This document shows positions 36,100-38,106 of a stretch of 38,106 nucleotides of DNA, piece after piece. Position numbers and translations under genes: made by a program. The stretch lies in assembly GCA_910592345.1 (NCBI GenBank), contig CAJVPI010000264.1, positions 1 through 38,106 on the forward strand, written 5' to 3'. Numbering within the stretch: position 1 is the first letter of the stretch; the number at the start of each line of letters is the position of its first letter. The DNA comes from Paraglomus brasilianum (lineage: Eukaryota). The notes beneath the pieces are model-generated. The model did no database searches. It was not told where the DNA came from and saw only the letters and a list, made by a program, of their open reading frames with translations.

Positions 36100-36862
36100 A
36101 ACGAAAACGAAAATGTCACAACAAAAAATTTCATGATTATGAGATTCTCAGGCTTATTCGAAACAACAAACGCCTAATCCAAAAACTTAAAGATCTACAA
36201 TCAGTATCAGATGCTGTAAAACAATATGTACAATTTTAGATGGATCTTGAAGACAAAATTTCCCATCATACTACTCACTGTATTATGGGGAGACAAGAAA
36301 TTCTCATAAACAAGAATGTGATTATTGTAGTGATGTTACGTTTCATTGATGATAAGAATTCTTTAAATATGAAACGTCTGGAGATGGAATCAAATTTTGA
36401 AAAGTGTTCATAAATTAAAAATTTGACGACAAAACTCTATCAATATTGTTCAATTACTCGAGAACAGAAGAAATTTCAAAAACAACTCGGAAGAACCAGA
36501 CAAATTCAATATCAACACGTAGCACCAACTTTTCTATTATTATACCATTATTTCATTTTTATATTCTTGTGTCATTTATTCATATTGTTCAATCACTATA
36601 TAAGGAAAATGCGTAACGTAAACGTATCAAAATTCTCATGATTATGAAAACAATAAATGCCTAAACTTAAATGAACAATCGGATGACATAAAACAATACG
36701 TACAGCTTCGTGAACAATATAAGAAGCTAATCAGTGACTATGGCTTAGTCTTATCTCCAAATAATTACATCATTAAACGTTTCAAATCTGAAAAAGAAGA
36801 TCTGAAGATAAAATATATGAAACATTACGATTCATTGAGAACAACATTTACTAAAAATTGAA
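36100..36862 (+). pseudogene. Two decayed paralogous AT-rich mini-ORFs (~36100-36240 and ~36609-36862), unknown function
   Basis: Copy 1: KKFHDYEILRLIRNNKRLIQKLKDLQSVSDAVKQYVQF*. Copy 2: QNSHDYENNKCLNLNEQSDDIKQYVQLREQYKK... Each frame has an in-frame TAA just upstream. Confidence 0.5.
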
Positions 36863-37021
36863 AATGAGGAAATAGCTACAAATTACAGTTTTATTTCAAT
36901 CTAATTATAATCAAGTATCAGAATATAAATACGATAAACAACAAATAAATACTTGTACTACTTTATTGTTATATAAAGAAGCGGGTTTAATCTCATATTA
37001 TATATACTGTACTTTATCAGA

Positions 37022-37705
37022 ATGGAGCTTCCAACAAATCTTGATAATTACCAATTCGATCAAATTACTTTTTCATTTAATAACAAATATAAATCGTATC
37101 ATAAAAAGTCAGCAAAATTTATCATCACAACCGGTGCCATCGGAGTTGGAAAAACTACTTGGAATGTTATGTTGGCTAATTATCTACGTGATAAAGGATT
37201 TAAAGTTTATTTATCGAATGAAATTGCCTTAATGGATAAGAAATTTCTCGAATTATTCTATTCCAATATTCCAAAATATTCTTTTGTATTCCAATTACAT
37301 ATTATTCATAAATTCAATAATGAAATGCTAAAACTTTATTATAAAAGACACAAATATGATTACATCATTTTTGATCGGACTCATCTTGATACGAAAATTT
37401 TCGCTTCAAACAATATCAATGATGAAGAAGAATTATCCGTTTTGGAAAACCTTTTCGATAACAATATTTTTAAATCGTGTGAATTATTTGATTATGTTTT
37501 TTATTTAAAACCATCAAGGGATACAATGGTCGAACGCCAAAAAGGAAGAAAACGGCAAGGTGAAATGAATATTGATAAACAATATTTAATTGATATTTAC
37601 AATCGATATGAAACAATGGTTAGCGAAATTTACCCTAACCATATTCCTGTCGAAAACAAAGATAGCGTTGATTACAATAGTATTTTTAAACAATACTTCG
37701 GATAG
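37022..37705 (+). CDS. Deoxynucleoside kinase (dNK family), intronless, 227 aa
   Basis: P-loop GAIGVGKTT, candidate catalytic Glu (LSNE), LELFYSNIPKYSFVFQL, IIFDRT..D..IFA, YVFYL, lid ERQKGRKRQGE, IDKQYLIDIYNRYE. Confidence 0.9.
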   Translation: MELPTNLDNYQFDQITFSFNNKYKSYHKKSAKFIITTGAIGVGKTTWNVMLANYLRDKGFKVYLSNEIALMDKKFLELFYSNIPKYSFVFQLHIIHKFNNEMLKLYYKRHKYDYIIFDRTHLDTKIFASNNINDEEELSVLENLFDNNIFKSCELFDYVFYLKPSRDTMVERQKGRKRQGEMNIDKQYLIDIYNRYETMVSEIYPNHIPVENKDSVDYNSIFKQYFG

Positions 37706-38038
37706 GAGAGGAAATTGAAAGTTGAAATTGTTAAACAAAGAAATCGACGAAATTCTATTTAATTGTATTTACTTTGTTTTATTATTGTTTCATATATAAA
37801 TAAATGTTATTGTTATCAATTTACTTACCATTTATTGGATGGTTTTATATGGGGCAGACTGCAACAAAACCAGACAAAGTGAACATTTGATTATGTGACA
37901 TAATAAGAGGCTGATTATGATGTGGCTGTAAAATTGACCAGCGTGTTTTGAAAAGTAATAATGGTGCTCATTCATAACTTTTTGACGTGTTAACTTTAAT
38001 GTTCCCTTTATCATACCAGAATGTGATGAATATGTCGT

Positions 38039-38104
38039 GCATAAATCCCGTCATCGTATAAATCCCGGATTTATACGTATAAATGCCGTACCACGATTTA
38101 TACG
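38039..38104. repeat. Array of overlapping inverted repeats built from CGTATAAAT/ATTTATACG
   Basis: CGTATAAATCC-c-GGATTTATACG (38055-38077), palindrome ATTTATACGTATAAAT (38069-38084), CGTATAAAT...ATTTATACG (38076-38104), plus an extra ATAAATCCCG at 38041. Confidence 0.85.
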
Positions 38105-38106
38105 CA

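Noticed and set aside
37832..38014. 60-aa minus-strand ORF after the dNK
   Set aside because: Short, no motif, and all three frames are interrupted nearby.

Overview
AT-rich, intron-containing nuclear DNA from an early-diverging fungus. Mucoromycota, most likely Glomeromycota (arbuscular mycorrhizal fungus), is inferred from the WTSGN/LEWI-type tyrosine-kinase-like gene and the gene styles. I assembled spliced gene models by hand for a CBS-domain protein, an atypical G-alpha subunit, a modular TKL (pseudo)kinase, a CYSTM protein, HIU hydrolase, ZNF830-like, MPC2, an F-box protein, a twin-CX9C NDUFAF8-like protein, COX15, COQ9 and TRS65. Tc1/mariner MITE relics and a decayed Sola1/DUF7869-type transposase are also present. 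The last ~2.5 kb is a very AT-rich, intronless island with an intact deoxynucleoside kinase, decayed paralogous mini-ORFs and a palindrome array, suggesting foreign (viral or endobacterial) DNA. The most notable observations are: (1) a G-alpha that natively carries substitutions matching GTPase-impairing mutations (switch II DVGGH instead of DVGGQ; P-loop GSSES instead of GAGES); (2) the dNK island; (3) a putatively myristoylated pseudokinase preceded by three tandem kinase N-lobe-like modules with introns at equivalent positions. All family assignments come from motif recognition, not database searches.
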